Below, piece after piece: positions 24,643 to 36,909 of a stretch of DNA of 64,000 bases. The DNA comes from Octopus vulgaris (Eukaryota). The stretch is taken from contig OX597815.1 in NCBI GenBank assembly GCA_951406725.2, positions 70,618,001-70,682,000 of the forward strand, written 5' to 3'. How positions within the stretch are numbered: the first letter of the stretch is position 1; every line of letters starts with the position of its first letter. The position numbers and the translations under genes are program-made. The notes beneath the pieces were generated by a model that did no database searches, was not told the DNA's origin, and saw only the letters and a list, made by a program, of their open reading frames with translations.

Positions 24643-27600
24643 ATGGCTATTCACATTGGTTGTTTAAATGTTCATGGCCTGTTGTCAAGCTGGAAGCAAG
24701 GACGCTTTCTGAATGACATCAGGTCGAGAAATTTGGATGTAATTGTTGCAACGGAAACCCGGGTGAAGGGGCCAAGAGATCTGCTCCCCCTCCTGAACGG
24801 CTACGAGAAATACGTTTCTCCGAGTCGGGCGGGAGGTGGGGGTGGGGTGTTGGTCCTACTAAAAAGAAACCGGGTAGCCGAGAAAAAGTTGTTTTTTCTG
24901 ACCCAGAAGGCAGGCTGGTCGTTCTCGACTTGACATTCAGTTGTGGCAAGACAATCAGGCTGGTCGCTATTTATGCACCAAACATTATTGGCCCGCAAAC
25001 TGAATATTTTCGTGGCCTAGGAAAGTTCCTAGCCACGTCGCATTCACTAGTAGTGTTAGGAGACTCTAATACAATATGTGCAGCACACACAGATTGTGTT
25101 GGCTCAAACTCGAACATGAACAGAAAATGTAACACAGGCTTTCGGGATCTGCTAAGTCAATTTCAGCTAGCAGATCCATATAGGTTGGAGCACCCGAACA
25201 CTCCACAGTGGACGTGGTCAAATAGTGACGGGTCTACCAGAACATATCTAGATAGGATTTTAATTAGAGAAAAAGATAAGTCCATAGTTGAGTGTCCACA
25301 GTTTTTTCTAGTCAGCTACAGTGACCACAAGATGGTTACCTGTAAACTGACGGTAGATAAGTTGCATAGACAGGGATCTGGCTACTGGAAACTCAATACG
25401 TCCCTTTTGGCGATTGAGGAGTACAGAAAGCGGATCAAGATGTTAATACAGAGGGCATTAACAGGTACCATCATTAATAACAAATGGTGGTACGCCCTAA
25501 AAAGAGCCATCAAATATGAGTCTATTAGGTTTAGCATAAGTTTAGCTAAGAAGGGACGTAAAATAGGAGATGGTCTAGTTAAGGAACTAGAAGAAGCCTG
25601 GAGGACTGGTAATACAGACCAAGCGAGGGTGAAAAGACTGGAGTTAAACCAGCATCTTGAAGCCCACCACATGGGAAGTATTACCAGAGCTAAGTTACGT
25701 GCAATGGGAAGTGAAGGAATCAAAGCCGCTGGATGGGCCCGAGTGGTGGAAGCTCGGCAAGGAAATAGTTCCTCTATTCGGTCTTTGACGAATCAAAATG
25801 GTGTCTTGATAAACGAACCCGAGAAAATGTGTGAGGTCTTTCGGGAGTACTTCGCCCAGCTGTTCGGGGGTGACGGCGGTCCTGGTGGTGGGAGAGCCCT
25901 CGAGGACTTTCTTACCGGGCTGCCGTGCCTCTCGGGGTCGGATGCGGAGTCTTGCGAAGGGCCAATCACACTTGAGGAGGTGATGGAGGCTTTGGCCGAT
26001 TGTAAAGCGGGTAAGTCACCGGGACTTGATGGTCTTCCGTACGAGCTGTATAAATGTATGCCAGACTTGTTCGGGCAACTACTGACTGACGTGTACGCGA
26101 ACTGGAAACAGAATGGGTTTATCCCCAGATCTGTGCGCCGGGGAGTAGTGACGTTGGTCAGAAAGGACCCGGACAAGGGGGACGTTCTAGAGAATTTCAG
26201 GCCCATCACTCTGTTAAACGCAGAAGTGAAGATTTTGGCCAAGGTTCTAGCAAAAAGGTTGGCGCGTGTCGCGAATGGTATAGTCGGGGAGGCACAGACA
26301 TGTGCCATCCCAGGCAGAACCATTCAGGATACCCTCCATCTTATTCGCTATACCATAGAGAGGTTTGGTAATAAATCTGGCAAAGGTGGGGCATTGGTGC
26401 ATTTGGACCAGTCTAAAGCTTTTGATAGGGTTGAACATCGATACCTAGCGACTGTGCTTGCGCGGTTTGGCCTGGGCCTTGGCTTCCTCAGGTGGTTTAT
26501 CGCTTTGTACCACAACATTGACTCGATAGTTCGGGTGAACGGTTTCCTTTCGAAGCCGTTCTGCATCAGACGCTCGGTTCGTCAAGGATGTCCGCTTTCA
26601 CCACTTTTGTATGTGATGGCTCTCGAGCCATTACTGCAAAGGTTGAGTGGCATCCCGAGAGAACCAGGACTAGAGGAGTTTGTTACGGCTTTCGCGGATG
26701 ATATCACTATCAGTGTAACCACAGTGGCACGCCTACGTGAAGTAGGTAAGACTATTGAGGCTTACGAGGAGGTAGCAGGAGCAAAGATTAACCGGGAAAA
26801 GTCGGTCGGCTTGCAGCTCGGCACCTGGGTTGGCAAGTCGATGCCTTCAGACAGTGTTGTTAGGCGCTGGACGGAGGGACCGGTTAAGTTGCTGGGAGTC
26901 TGGTTTGGACCAGGCCTCCAGATAGAGAAGAACTGGACGGAGGTATTGAGCAGGGTGACTGCAGTAGTCAAGACCTGGTCTTGGCGGTGGCTATCCCTGA
27001 AAGGGAGGGCGGAAGTGGCCAATGTGTTTATCGCATCGGTCATTACCTACCGCCTGACTGTCGTGCCCTGTCCGGATTCGTGGTTGATCAGGTTGGAGAG
27101 ACAGCTCTTTCGCTTTTGTGGAAGGGCAGGTCGCCACTTGTGAAACGCTCTGTCTGCTGTCAAAAGCCTTTAAATGGAGGTTTAGGGATGCCTTGGTTAA
27201 TGATGCGCAGACATGCGTTGAGGTTGAGGCACCTCTGGATTCTCCTGGATAGTGAACGGGTGTGGTCTCCGCTGGCCAGACAAATGTTCCCTGAGTTCAA
27301 GAGTTTTTGCGAACAGGAAGCCTGGTGTTCTCGTAGACCGAGGTCGAGTGAGTGGCATAAAGAGTGCCGTAAGGCCCTCTTGCTGTTCCGGCGCTCGGGC
27401 AACGCCAGCGGTGGGGGTTCCACACGGATTTTATATAGTGGGTTGGTAGAGTCTGAATGCGACGATGGCCTGGGGTCGACTCTAGGTCTCGGATTTATTC
27501 AACTGGACAGCTTGTTTCATCGTACATTCGGGTTGAGAACGTTGGACAACTTCCAAAAGTCCTTAACCTGGCAATGCTACAGAGGTGCCTTGCCCGTTTG

Positions 27601-28041
27601 GGATAAGCTCGCAAGACATGGTAAACGTCAGTCGCCGACCTGTCCAAGATGCGGGGGGACAGGGAAACCGTCCCTCACGCTATTGTTCAGTGTCCGGAGA
27701 TAACTGAAATGTGGGCTTATGCTGAACATCTGTTGTCCGGCGAAGGAAGAGTACGACTGTCGACTGAGTCAATTATAAAAATTGACCCACCGGGAGTTCT
27801 AACGAACGAAGGTAAGAATTGTTTTCTCACGGTTGTAGCAATAGCAAAAGAGGCTGTATGGAATACTAGGATAAAAGGAATTAAGACAGGCAACTTTATC
27901 TCTGGTGACAATTTACGATCCTTTTTTTCTTTTCATTTGAAAAGGAAACTGTGGCTGGAGAAGAGGTGTCTGTCAGAGTGTACGTTCCAAAAGAGATGGA
28001 AGTATGTTGCACGAGTGTTGTGCGTGCAAGGAACCGTGTGA
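24643..28041 (+). CDS. LINE ORF2 (APE endonuclease, RT, Cys/His C-terminus) with three frameshifts
   Basis: LNVHGL, TET, IYAPN, LDRI, SDH; KSPGLDG, FRPITLLN, LDQSKAFD, QGCPLSP, FADD; CPRC...ETVPHAIVQC. Frameshifts near 24890, 27115 and 27655. Confidence 0.92.
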
Positions 28042-28925
28042 ATAGACGAGGAAAAAAAAAGGAAAAATAAAAAGGTATCAGCGGTAGATCGGGGCTTGTG
28101 GGATCGGAGCGTAACTTGATCATCGCTTCATTTGTATTGTTTTTGTACTGCGTATTCCATTCGATTTTTATGTATTGTATTTTATTTTTGATGTCACATT
28201 TATGTAAAATCATATCGATTCACTGATCCCATCAGTTGTACTGTCCATATCTATGTTTGGCCCCCGGTGGGCAATAAAGAAATTCGTATTTCGTTCTGAG
28301 TGCAAATTCCGCCGAGGTCGACTTTGCCTTTCATCCTTTCGGGTCGATAAATTAAATACCAGTTACGTACTGGGTCGATGTAATCGACTTAATCCCTTTG
28401 TCTGTCCTTGTTTGTCCTCTCTGTGTTTAGCCCCTTGTGGGTAGTAAAGAAATAGGTATTTCGTCTGCCGTTACGTTCTGAGTTGAAATTCCGCCGAGGT
28501 CGACTTTGCCTTTCATCCTTTCCGGGTCGATAAATAAAATACCAGTTACGCACTGGGTGTAATCGACTTAATCCCTTCGTCTGTCCTTGTTTGTCCCCTC
28601 TATGTTTAGCCCCTTCTGGGCAATAAAGAAATATATCATAAAATAACAGCAAAAAACGCACAGAGACTAAAAAGAACACTAAGAAAAACACAAAGGGATG
28701 CTGTCCCAACGAGATGAATACGTGACCTGAGCGAGTGGAGGGTGCGCTTGTAGAGAGAGAGAGAGAGAGCGTGTGCGCGCTCAGCACCGACAAGCGGTCG
28801 CTTGTATGAAACTAGCTCGTACTGCAGATTTCCACTCTTACCTCAAGACAAAAATTCGCACGAGCCTCGGCTCGTACAGCAAATAACTCGTACAATGGTG
28901 CCCTCGTAGTGCGAGATTCTACTGA

Positions 28926-28987
<62 letters not shown>

Positions 28988-28988
28988 A

Positions 28989-29155
28989 AAAGCAGCGAAA
29001 AATATCACAAAAACTGTTACTCAGAGTTTCACGTTCCCGTTCGTCGGACAGTTTTGTTTAACTGCAGAGGAGAAGAAAGATTTTAAACAAAACTGTCCGA
29101 TGAACGGGAACGTGAAACTTTGAGTAACAGTTTTTGTGATATTTTTGCTGCTTTA
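28989..29155. repeat. Fold-back (~70-bp arms) with a hammerhead motif on each strand
   Basis: 28989-29061 is inverted at 29085-29155. Confidence 0.88.
29089..29134 (+). ncRNA. Minimal type I hammerhead ribozyme motif (CCGA variant); mirror copy on - at 29010-29055
   Basis: aaaactgt-CCGATGA-acg-ggaa-cgt-GAAA-ct-ttg-ag-TA-acagtttt: 8-bp stem I, 3-bp stem II, short stem III, GUA site. Confidence 0.7.
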
Positions 29156-29262
29156 CAATAAAGCATATTACTCTGCCTCTGGTATTCGAGTACTATTTTT
29201 TCCACCTTCTTTCGCATTTATGTTCTTACTCCGTATGTATGTATGTATGTATGTATGTATGT

Positions 29263-29304
<42 letters not shown>

Positions 29305-29477
29305 ATAAGATCCAAGGACCAATGATGTAGGAATTTAGTAAACTTCGAGCAGCCTGTAGATCGTATAAAAAAACAATTTTCAGGAATAATAGTAGTTTAT
29401 TGACGCAAAAGGTTGTAAATTTTTTTCATATCGAAGTTTGATGAGGTGAAATATGTATACGTATGTATGTATGTATG

Positions 29478-29504
<27 letters not shown>

Positions 29505-29510
<6 letters not shown>

Positions 29511-30620
29511 GGCAGTCTGTTTGTGTCAAGTTGCCGTCTACACCCATGAATGAATTTTCGTGAAACTTTGCATTCATGTTATAGTAACATCCAGTTTGTT
29601 ACTAGGTTCACTGGAGTTTAATAAAAATTTAGACTCTAGAAGGGATCCAAATATAACGCCCCCACCTCATTTGCCTTTAACGGCCAAGGGGAAATAACCC
29701 ATTAATTTTTCTTTAGTTTTCTCTTTTGCCCACTGGTAATTTGCGCTCTACATTACGTGGACTTTCTTACAAGAAGTTGTCTGACAAAGTCAGTGATTTT
29801 ACTATCAAACTAACCCCTGTCCTAAGTCAATATATAAATTTAAAGACATTTCTTTCATTTAAAACAAATTTGAGTAAAATCTGACCATGGGTTATGGAGA
29901 GATATCAGTGCCACAACATATTTGCAAATTTTACCATTAACATAATGTTCCCATGGCAATCGTGCAAAAAATTACCAAAATATATTTTATTTGGTATAAA
30001 TCAAGTTGAGTGTGTTTATTTCTTAGTATTTGAAATATTAGGGTTATTATCGCACCTTACCCAGTATTTTCCTCAACAACAGGTCCACTTATTTCGGTTA
30101 GTGTCTTATTCACGAATATACCATGAATCACGATGCTTTTCATGTCACTTCAGCCAATTGACAGACACTGCATGAAGAACTGTTCTGCTTTTAGACAAAT
30201 GCACTGTCATCATAAAGGTCACACCCTGTTTACATGTAGGAACACCTTAATTTATACTGATAGATGTGTTAATGTTTGTAACGATGTACTTTATGTAACA
30301 ACTAACCACACAAGCAGACAGAAATTGCCATTTATCTATCAATAGCATTGCAATCTGCTTTACCCTCATAAAATTCCCACGCTGTTTACTTGTAGGAACA
30401 CCTTCTTAAGTCACATTGATAGCTGTGTTGATGTTTTCTTAACATGTACCCTTTACTTTCCTTTAACGGCCAAGGGGAAATAACTCGTATAAAGTCCTTT
30501 TTTTTCTTTTTCGTCCACTGGCCATCTGCACTGTCCTCATAAAGGTCATACGCTGTTTACATGTAGGAACACGCTCTTGATTTATATTGATAGTTGTGTT
30601 GATGTCTTGTAAAGATGTAA
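29505..30620 (+). mobile_element. Non-autonomous Helitron-related fragment with internal subrepeats
   Basis: Start resembles 38730-38815. CTGTTTAC(A/T)TGTAGGAACAC occurs three times. 30155-30605 is homologous in reverse to 63710-64000. Confidence 0.6.
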
Positions 30621-30826
30621 CCTACCACAAAGACACTGACTTCACGATTTTGGTATTCATAACTTATTTCCTAAAACAAGATCCTATGTAAGACGGTTTG
30701 GTATTCTCCGTTTTAAGGGCTACATACATTGTATAGTTGCTATTGGATTAGCGAAACAATTATGAGAATGAGATCAATGGATAAACCCCGCTTTTCCTGG
30801 AATTACCAGGTATGTCAGCTAGTGTG

Positions 30827-30869
<43 letters not shown>

Positions 30870-30999
30870 ACAAACATCATAATTTCGATTCATACATTTA
30901 AATTTTCTAAATATCCATTATCCTACAAAGGAGCGCACAAGTGTGTAAACACACGCGCTCGCGCTCACACTCACATTCGTCCATACGCGCAATATTTAA

Positions 31000-31367
31000 A
31001 ACGTACGCGTATGTATGAGTACGCTTACGCTTGTAGAAGTGTAGTTTATACACATCAACACCTCAAGCTATACCTACAGGCTAATAACGACAGCTGCATA
31101 ATGGAATACTTAGATCGCTATATAAATCGTGTGCGGATGGCATGCAATGCAAATAGCTTTATATAGCTAGTATGTAATAACGATTGGTAGAATATTGATT
31201 ACAATGATCAATCAAGTTTAATCGATTGCACGGGAGAATTCAGGTAAAATGATTGAGCAGACAACTTGCAATAAATCTCAGATGTCGCTTCTCGGGCAAA
31301 GTTGTATGTGGCGCCATCTTTGTGTAATTGCATGAATAATAAAGAACCAATAGAGTTAACTGCCCCT
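31000..31367 (+). repeat. Unclassified dispersed repeat (inverted copy at 53425-53800)
   Basis: Identical core AATGATTGAGCAGACAACTTGCAATAAATCTCAGATGTCGCTTCTCGGGCAAAGTTGTATGT; both copies end at GAGTTAACTGCCC. Confidence 0.85.
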
Positions 31368-31507
31368 GAAAAACAAACTTTTTTTTAGTAGCTGACAGTG
31401 ACAGAAATTAAGATACTAGATAATAGCAATGACGATGTGATTTAAAGCAGGAGTCACAACCATTAGGCTGTGGGTAATTAATTTGGTACAGAAAGAAAAG
31501 TGTCTTT

Positions 31508-31922
31508 GGATCTTTTCGGTTTGAACGGCAGTTTTTAACATAATTTCTAGGTAACTAAAAAATTTTAAACTTCGTATACTGGTAGGATGTGTTTATAAAA
31601 CATCTTTTTCTCTTGACTTTATTGAGAAAATTCTATAGTTTGTAAGATATTTGTTGTTTTTTTTCTTCAATTTCTGCAATTTCAACCAATCACTGACGTC
31701 TATTGAGGTGAAAACATTATGTGCCGTATGAATATGTGCCTTGTTTAAGAAACAGATTGGGTTTATTTACATTTCTGAAGAAAAAAAGATATCTTTCCCC
31801 CACTCCTAACCCTAACCCTAAAAGAGATTGAAATGCAATAGATCGATACTAGGGTCATAATTATGGGTGACAATTTCACATGACACCGCTAGAAAAAACT
31901 GCCGTTCAAACCAAAAAGTTCC
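31508..31922. mobile_element. MITE with GGATCTTTTC... TIRs and 8-bp TSD
   Basis: TIR GGATCTTTTCGGTTTGAACGGCAGTTTTT; TSD GTGTCTTT at 31500-31507 and 31923-31930. Confidence 0.9.
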
Positions 31923-32016
31923 GTGTCTTTTACTATAGCCGTGGGCCGAATAAAGCCTTGGGAGTGGATTTGTAAGAAGGAAACTGAAAAAACCGGTCGT
32001 GTATATATATATGACC

Positions 32017-32050
<34 letters not shown>

Positions 32051-32394
32051 CCATTTACATAAAAAAAACATCATGAAAAATACAATTATGTTACTTGTTA
32101 AGGCCAAAAAATTATATCTTAAACAAAGTTTTATTGACTGAAAACTGTTAGAAGAGAAAATGGCGAATAGGTATCTAAAAGTTGTGTTTGTTGGTGCAAA
32201 CAAACTCGTCACATCTGACTTGCATTGTCGTATAAGAGAATGAATTTATATAAAAGATATACTACATATGACTATCCTCTAAGATTTTGACAAAAATATT
32301 TTTAACAGGTAAACGAAAGGCTTAAAATCTAGTCTTGATCGTAGCCTACCCTAATTTTTTGGAATAGACAACCAAACATATTTATGGTAATATT
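32051..32394 (+). repeat. Unclassified dispersed repeat, copy 2
   Basis: Homologous to 1038-1393. Confidence 0.8.
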
Positions 32395-32504
32395 GGGTTA
32401 GCAACTGAGTTCCTGCCGTTTTTTAAAATTTTGGAATCTATTTTTTTCGAGAATTCTATTCTTGAATCATTTTGGAATCTATTTTGTTTACTCTTTGACT
32501 CTCT

Positions 32505-32697
32505 CTCTTTTTTACTTGTTTCAGTCATTTGACTGTGGCCATGCTGGAGCACCGCATTTAGTCGAGCAAATCGACCCCAGGACTTATTCTTAGTAAGCCT
32601 ACTACTTATTCTATCGGTCTGTTTTGCCGAACCGCTAAGTTACGGGGACGTAAACAACAGCATCGGTTGTCTAGCGATGTTGGAGGGACAAACACAG

Positions 32698-32728
<31 letters not shown>

Positions 32729-32899
32729 TGTATACAACGGGCTTCTTTCAGTTTCTGTCTACCAAATCCACTCACAAGGCTTTGGTCGGCCCAAGGCCAT
32801 AGTAGAAGACACTTTCCCAAGGTGCCACGCAGTGGGAGTGAATTTGGAACCATGTGATTGGTAAGCAAGCTACTTACCACACAGCCATTCCTACGCCTA
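32505..32899 (-). mobile_element. Full-length CORE-like SINE with internal microsatellite
   Basis: Reverse complement of 55686-56060; also matches 47620-48016. Confidence 0.88.
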
Positions 32900-32949
32900 T
32901 GTTTGTTTTTTTTCTCTAGTTAATTTTTGTTTATTTTCAGATCATTGAA

Positions 32950-33835
32950 ATGGAATGTCAAGTTAAGAAAAATGAGCATTTTTGACACCTTTTTACTTTT
33001 AATCAAGGTTCTAAGGCTGCAAAAGCTGCTCGCGACATTTGTGTTGTGTATGGAAAGGGTGCCATAGCTGAAAGAACTACTTGTGATTGGTATGCCAAGT
33101 TCAAAACTGGAAATTTTGACCTCAAAGATGCACCTCGTTCTGGCCGTCCAGTTGAGCTTGATGAAAAGCAATTAAACCAACTTTTGCACAAAAATTCTCG
33201 TCAAACGACAAGGTAACTGGCAGAGAAAATGGAATGCTCCCACACTGCTATAGAGAAGCATCTTCACTCGATGAGAAAGGTTCAGAAGTATGGAGCATGG
33301 GTTCCACATGCTTTAAGTGACAACAGCAAAAATCAACGAGCCACAATCTCTGCTGGTTTGCTTGCTTGTCATCGCTCAACTCATGGGCACAAGCAACAAT
33401 TTCTTTACCGAATCGTTACTGCAAACGAAAAATGGTGCCTGTAAATCAAAATGAAGTATCGTAAAGAATGGCTTAGCCCCGGTAAACAAGCAACACCACA
33501 TGTGAAACAAGATCTTCATCTGTGTAAAATGATGTTGTGCATATGGTGGGACTGGGAAGGGATTATCCATTACGAATTGCTTGAACGGAACCAAACAGTC
33601 AATGCAGAACTCTATGTTCAACAGATGGAACGACTCAACACAGCTATTCAAGAGAAAAGACCTAATCGGCAGCATGGAGTTTTGGTGCAGGACAATGCCC
33701 ACCCTCATATCGCCAATATGACCAAGGAAGCCATTCAAATGCATGGCTGGGAAGTGCTGCCACACCCGCTGTACTCTCCTGATTTGGCACCAATGGATTT
33801 CCAACTCTTACGATCTCTTTCAAATGCTATGTTTT
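32950..33835 (+). pseudogene. mariner transposase, decayed and 3'-truncated
   Basis: PRSGRP, GAWVPHAL, IVTANEKW, QDNAHPH, YSPDLAPMDF, with stops and a frameshift. Confidence 0.93.
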
Positions 33836-34268
33836 CGTGTCAGTTGAGAGGTTAAAGTATAATAGAAGGAAAGAGAAAAGTGTCTTGCAGTTGAGGAGAG
33901 ACATGGCTACTCCAGTTGGAAAAGAAAGGAGAAAAAGAAAGAGAGAGTTGGTTGTGGATATGTGTCGGGTCAAACCACAAGGTATAATGGGGGAGGATGA
34001 GTATAAATGAAGTGATACAGAAGGTTGGACAGGGTGAGAGGGTAGATGGGATAGAGGGAGAAGTTTCATAAGAATGTGAGAAGAGATGGCTAGTGATGTC
34101 ACACCTTTCTATAACTTTCTGATGTTTTAACAGCCACTGATATGAGGGAGCTGTACCCAGAGTGCTACACCTCAGCAAACTGGTGAATAAGCAAAACACA
34201 AACACTGAATATGTGCAGTCAATAATGTTTACAACACTAGCACTGCTTTTAATTTGCACACACACACT

Positions 34269-34309
<41 letters not shown>

Positions 34310-34310
<1 letters not shown>

Positions 34311-36210
34311 AAAAACCAAAGTCTTAGTAAGTAGGAAGGCAGTCAAATCACAAACACCTTCAGGTAGATGACCCTGCTCAATCTGTAGAAAAGGCATAGG
34401 TAGAAACTCTATAAGATGCACCCATTTTAAGCTTTGGACACATAAAAGGCGCAGCAAGATTGACAGGAAAAACAGTTTTTGTATGTGGAAGATGCACAGG
34501 TACAATAAACACTGAAAATGTACAGAAATTAGACTCCATCAAATACCAATAGGGTAAGCTATAGGTAGTTGATAGCTTCCGTTATCTAGGTGACCAAGTT
34601 AGTAGCAGAGGTGGATGCTCCAAGAGTGTAGCTGTCAGAATAAGATTAGGCTGGGCAAGTTCAGAGAGTTCCTACTTCTTGTAGTCACTGGAAGTTCCTA
34701 CAAGACAGCTTCATGAGGGCCACAGGCTAAATTTGTGGCTGGTGCAAGTGCCAAACTGACCTAGGGTGATATGGTGGTGTAGTAGTGTAGCAGACAGGGC
34801 TATTAGAACAAAGAAAAAGGACTGGAATGACTGGAAGAGAGATGGTAGCAGAGGACTATATCAGATAGCTAGAATGGAAGATAGGTGACAGGTATATTTA
34901 GCTAGTGGAGAAGCAGAAAGGAAGAAGTTTGTCAATGTTCTGCAGCATGAGGACCAGAGGCTTGAAATGTTCTGAATTGCAAGATAGTGTGTCAGAGAAA
35001 ATCATGATGTAGGGGAGAACTGAGTCCGCATGATGATGGTTCACTTGCACTTAGTGATTCTGCAATGAAAGATGCATGGCAGTGCCACTATGAACAGCTG
35101 CTAAATGTGGAGAATGCATAGGAGAAGGAGAGTTTATCTAGTGTGGACCTAACAGAAGGACCAGCTATCCAACTGACAGAAGCTTGGTAGAAAAAATCAA
35201 TTAAGGATATGAAGACAGGGTAAGTCTTCAGCCCATCAGGAATCACTGCTGTGATACTCAAAATATCTGAAAGCATGGGATTGGGCTTAGTCATTCATAT
35301 AGTTGAACAGGTTGTCCATGAGAGCAGATCATATCCAGTGACTGCTGTAGCAGCATTATAATCAACTTCTGCAAAGATAAGGTGATGCCATAGACAGAAA
35401 TAATATCAGATATCAAATTACTGGACCAGGTAATGAAAGTTAGTGAAAGGGGCATAGCCCAACTAATTAGGAACTGAGTTAAAATAGACGAGATGTTGTT
35501 TGGTTTTGTACTTAGATTTTGTTGATATGGAGAAAGCCTTTGACAGGGCCCCACACTCCCTCATCTCATGGTGAGTGCAGAAGTTAAGGATAGATGAGAA
35601 GTTGGTGGAAGCTGTACAAGCCATGTATAGGTATGCTGTCAATGAAGTGAAAGTTGGCAATGAGTATAGCAGTGATTTTAGTGAGCAGGTTTACCAAGGA
35701 TAGGTTCTCAGCTCTCCCATGTTTATCATAGTCCTCCTGGCCATAGCAAAGGAATTTAAGACTGGTTGCCCTTAGGAGCTCCCCAATGCTGATGACTTTG
35801 TTCTGATAGCTGAATCTCTACTTGAATTAGAGAAGAAATTTCAGGTGTGGAAGCAAAGTCTTGAATCAAAAGGCCTTAGAGTTAATTTAGCAAAGACCAA
35901 ATATGTAGAAAACGTGTAGGTAGAAATTCCATATTCAGTGCTAACTATGGCCTTTAAGAGAAGCAGCAGTATCACAGGAATGTTGAAACAGAAAGTAGTC
36001 TTTGTGTGTGGCATATGTGCTGGTACAATAAACACTAAGAATGTACAGAAGATAGACTTCCTCACATGTTTGGTGGGATTCTAAGAAGTAGTAAATAACT
36101 TCTGTTACTGAGGCAACCAAGTTAACAGAGGAGAAGGGTTCTCTGAAAGTGCAATTGCTAGAATAAGATTGCACTGGACGAAATTCAGAGAGCTTTATTA
36201 CCTTTGCTGA
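34310..36210 (+). pseudogene. Two decayed RTE-type LINE fragments (34310-34680 and about 34760-36210)
   Basis: FVDMEKAFDR (about 35520), QG*VLSSPMFII, ADDFVLIAES, ESKGLRVNLAKTK, a Cys-rich insert, FRYLGDQ, RIRLGW. Confidence 0.85.
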
Positions 36211-36909
36211 ATACAATTTACAAAGATAAAACTAACATGCAGTTCAATGCTGAGAAGTTTCAATCACTTGTCTATCGACAAACAAATGGATTCCATTCAG
36301 CAAACGCAGGACCAAGGGGTAGTTCCAGGGTCAGAGTCAGTGCATGAATAATATGAATAATTATGCAACATTCCATTTGGTGACTGAGCCCACATTATTA
36401 TCTATATCTTTACATACTTGTTGTAATGGATGGCCTACCCCAAATCCCATTCTGACTCTCTATTTTGCTCCTCCCGCTGGTCTTGAATCTCTCAGGTATT
36501 TATATGAGATGCTTGCATGTTTGAGATCTGTATTTCAACCCTGTCCAAGGAGGTGTTTGATAGGATTGCATATATGAACTTCATTTAGAGTTTGACATCA
36601 TTAATTAATTACCAGATGCAGAAGCATATATAACAGATAAAATAAAAGAATTCCAATTACTTGCCAATGTTTTTTTCTCACTCATTGTTGAAGTGCTCTT
36701 TATATTATGTTGTAGCCCTTTTTGAACTGCATAGAACTCTATGAGATCACACAACAGAAGGAGGTTTACATGTTTACTAATAAGAGCTGTAACCAGAACA
36801 GTAAATTATCATGCATCCATTTCCACTTATATGTAAATATATATGTTGCAAGTCATAACCAAATAAGACCACTTTCTCAATCCATTTCACTCTAAGAAAC
36901 ATCACAAAT

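Larger units (their letters stand above)
22938..28283 (+). mobile_element. Full-length L1/Tx1-like non-LTR retrotransposon
   Basis: 5' UTR, ORF1, ORF2 and a 3' tail GCCCCCGGTGGGCAATAAAGAAAT. CGTATTTCGT is duplicated at 22921-22930 and 28285-28294. Confidence 0.93.
22874..28633 (+). mobile_element. SINE (head 22874-22937; body in two tandem units 28285-28633) split by a LINE
   Basis: 13-bp TSD TATCATAAAATAA at 22861-22873 and 28634-28646. Head and body match 12126-12340. Confidence 0.88.
21075..28924 (-). mobile_element. Tigger DNA transposon interrupted by a SINE/LINE nest (22874-28633)
   Basis: Transposase lies at 21085-22791 and the 5' region resumes at 28647. Terminus reads CAGTAGAATCTCGCACTACGAG on the minus strand from 28924. 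Confidence 0.8.

Noticed and set aside
25382-27423. Antisense ORFs over the LINE and LTR coding regions
   Set aside because: Shadow frames of GC-richer coding sequence with no motifs.
28285-28633. Repeat arrays resembling CRISPR (also 54660-55070 and 30200-30600)
   Set aside because: Tandem SINE units or Helitron subrepeats in eukaryotic DNA; no unique spacers and no cas genes.
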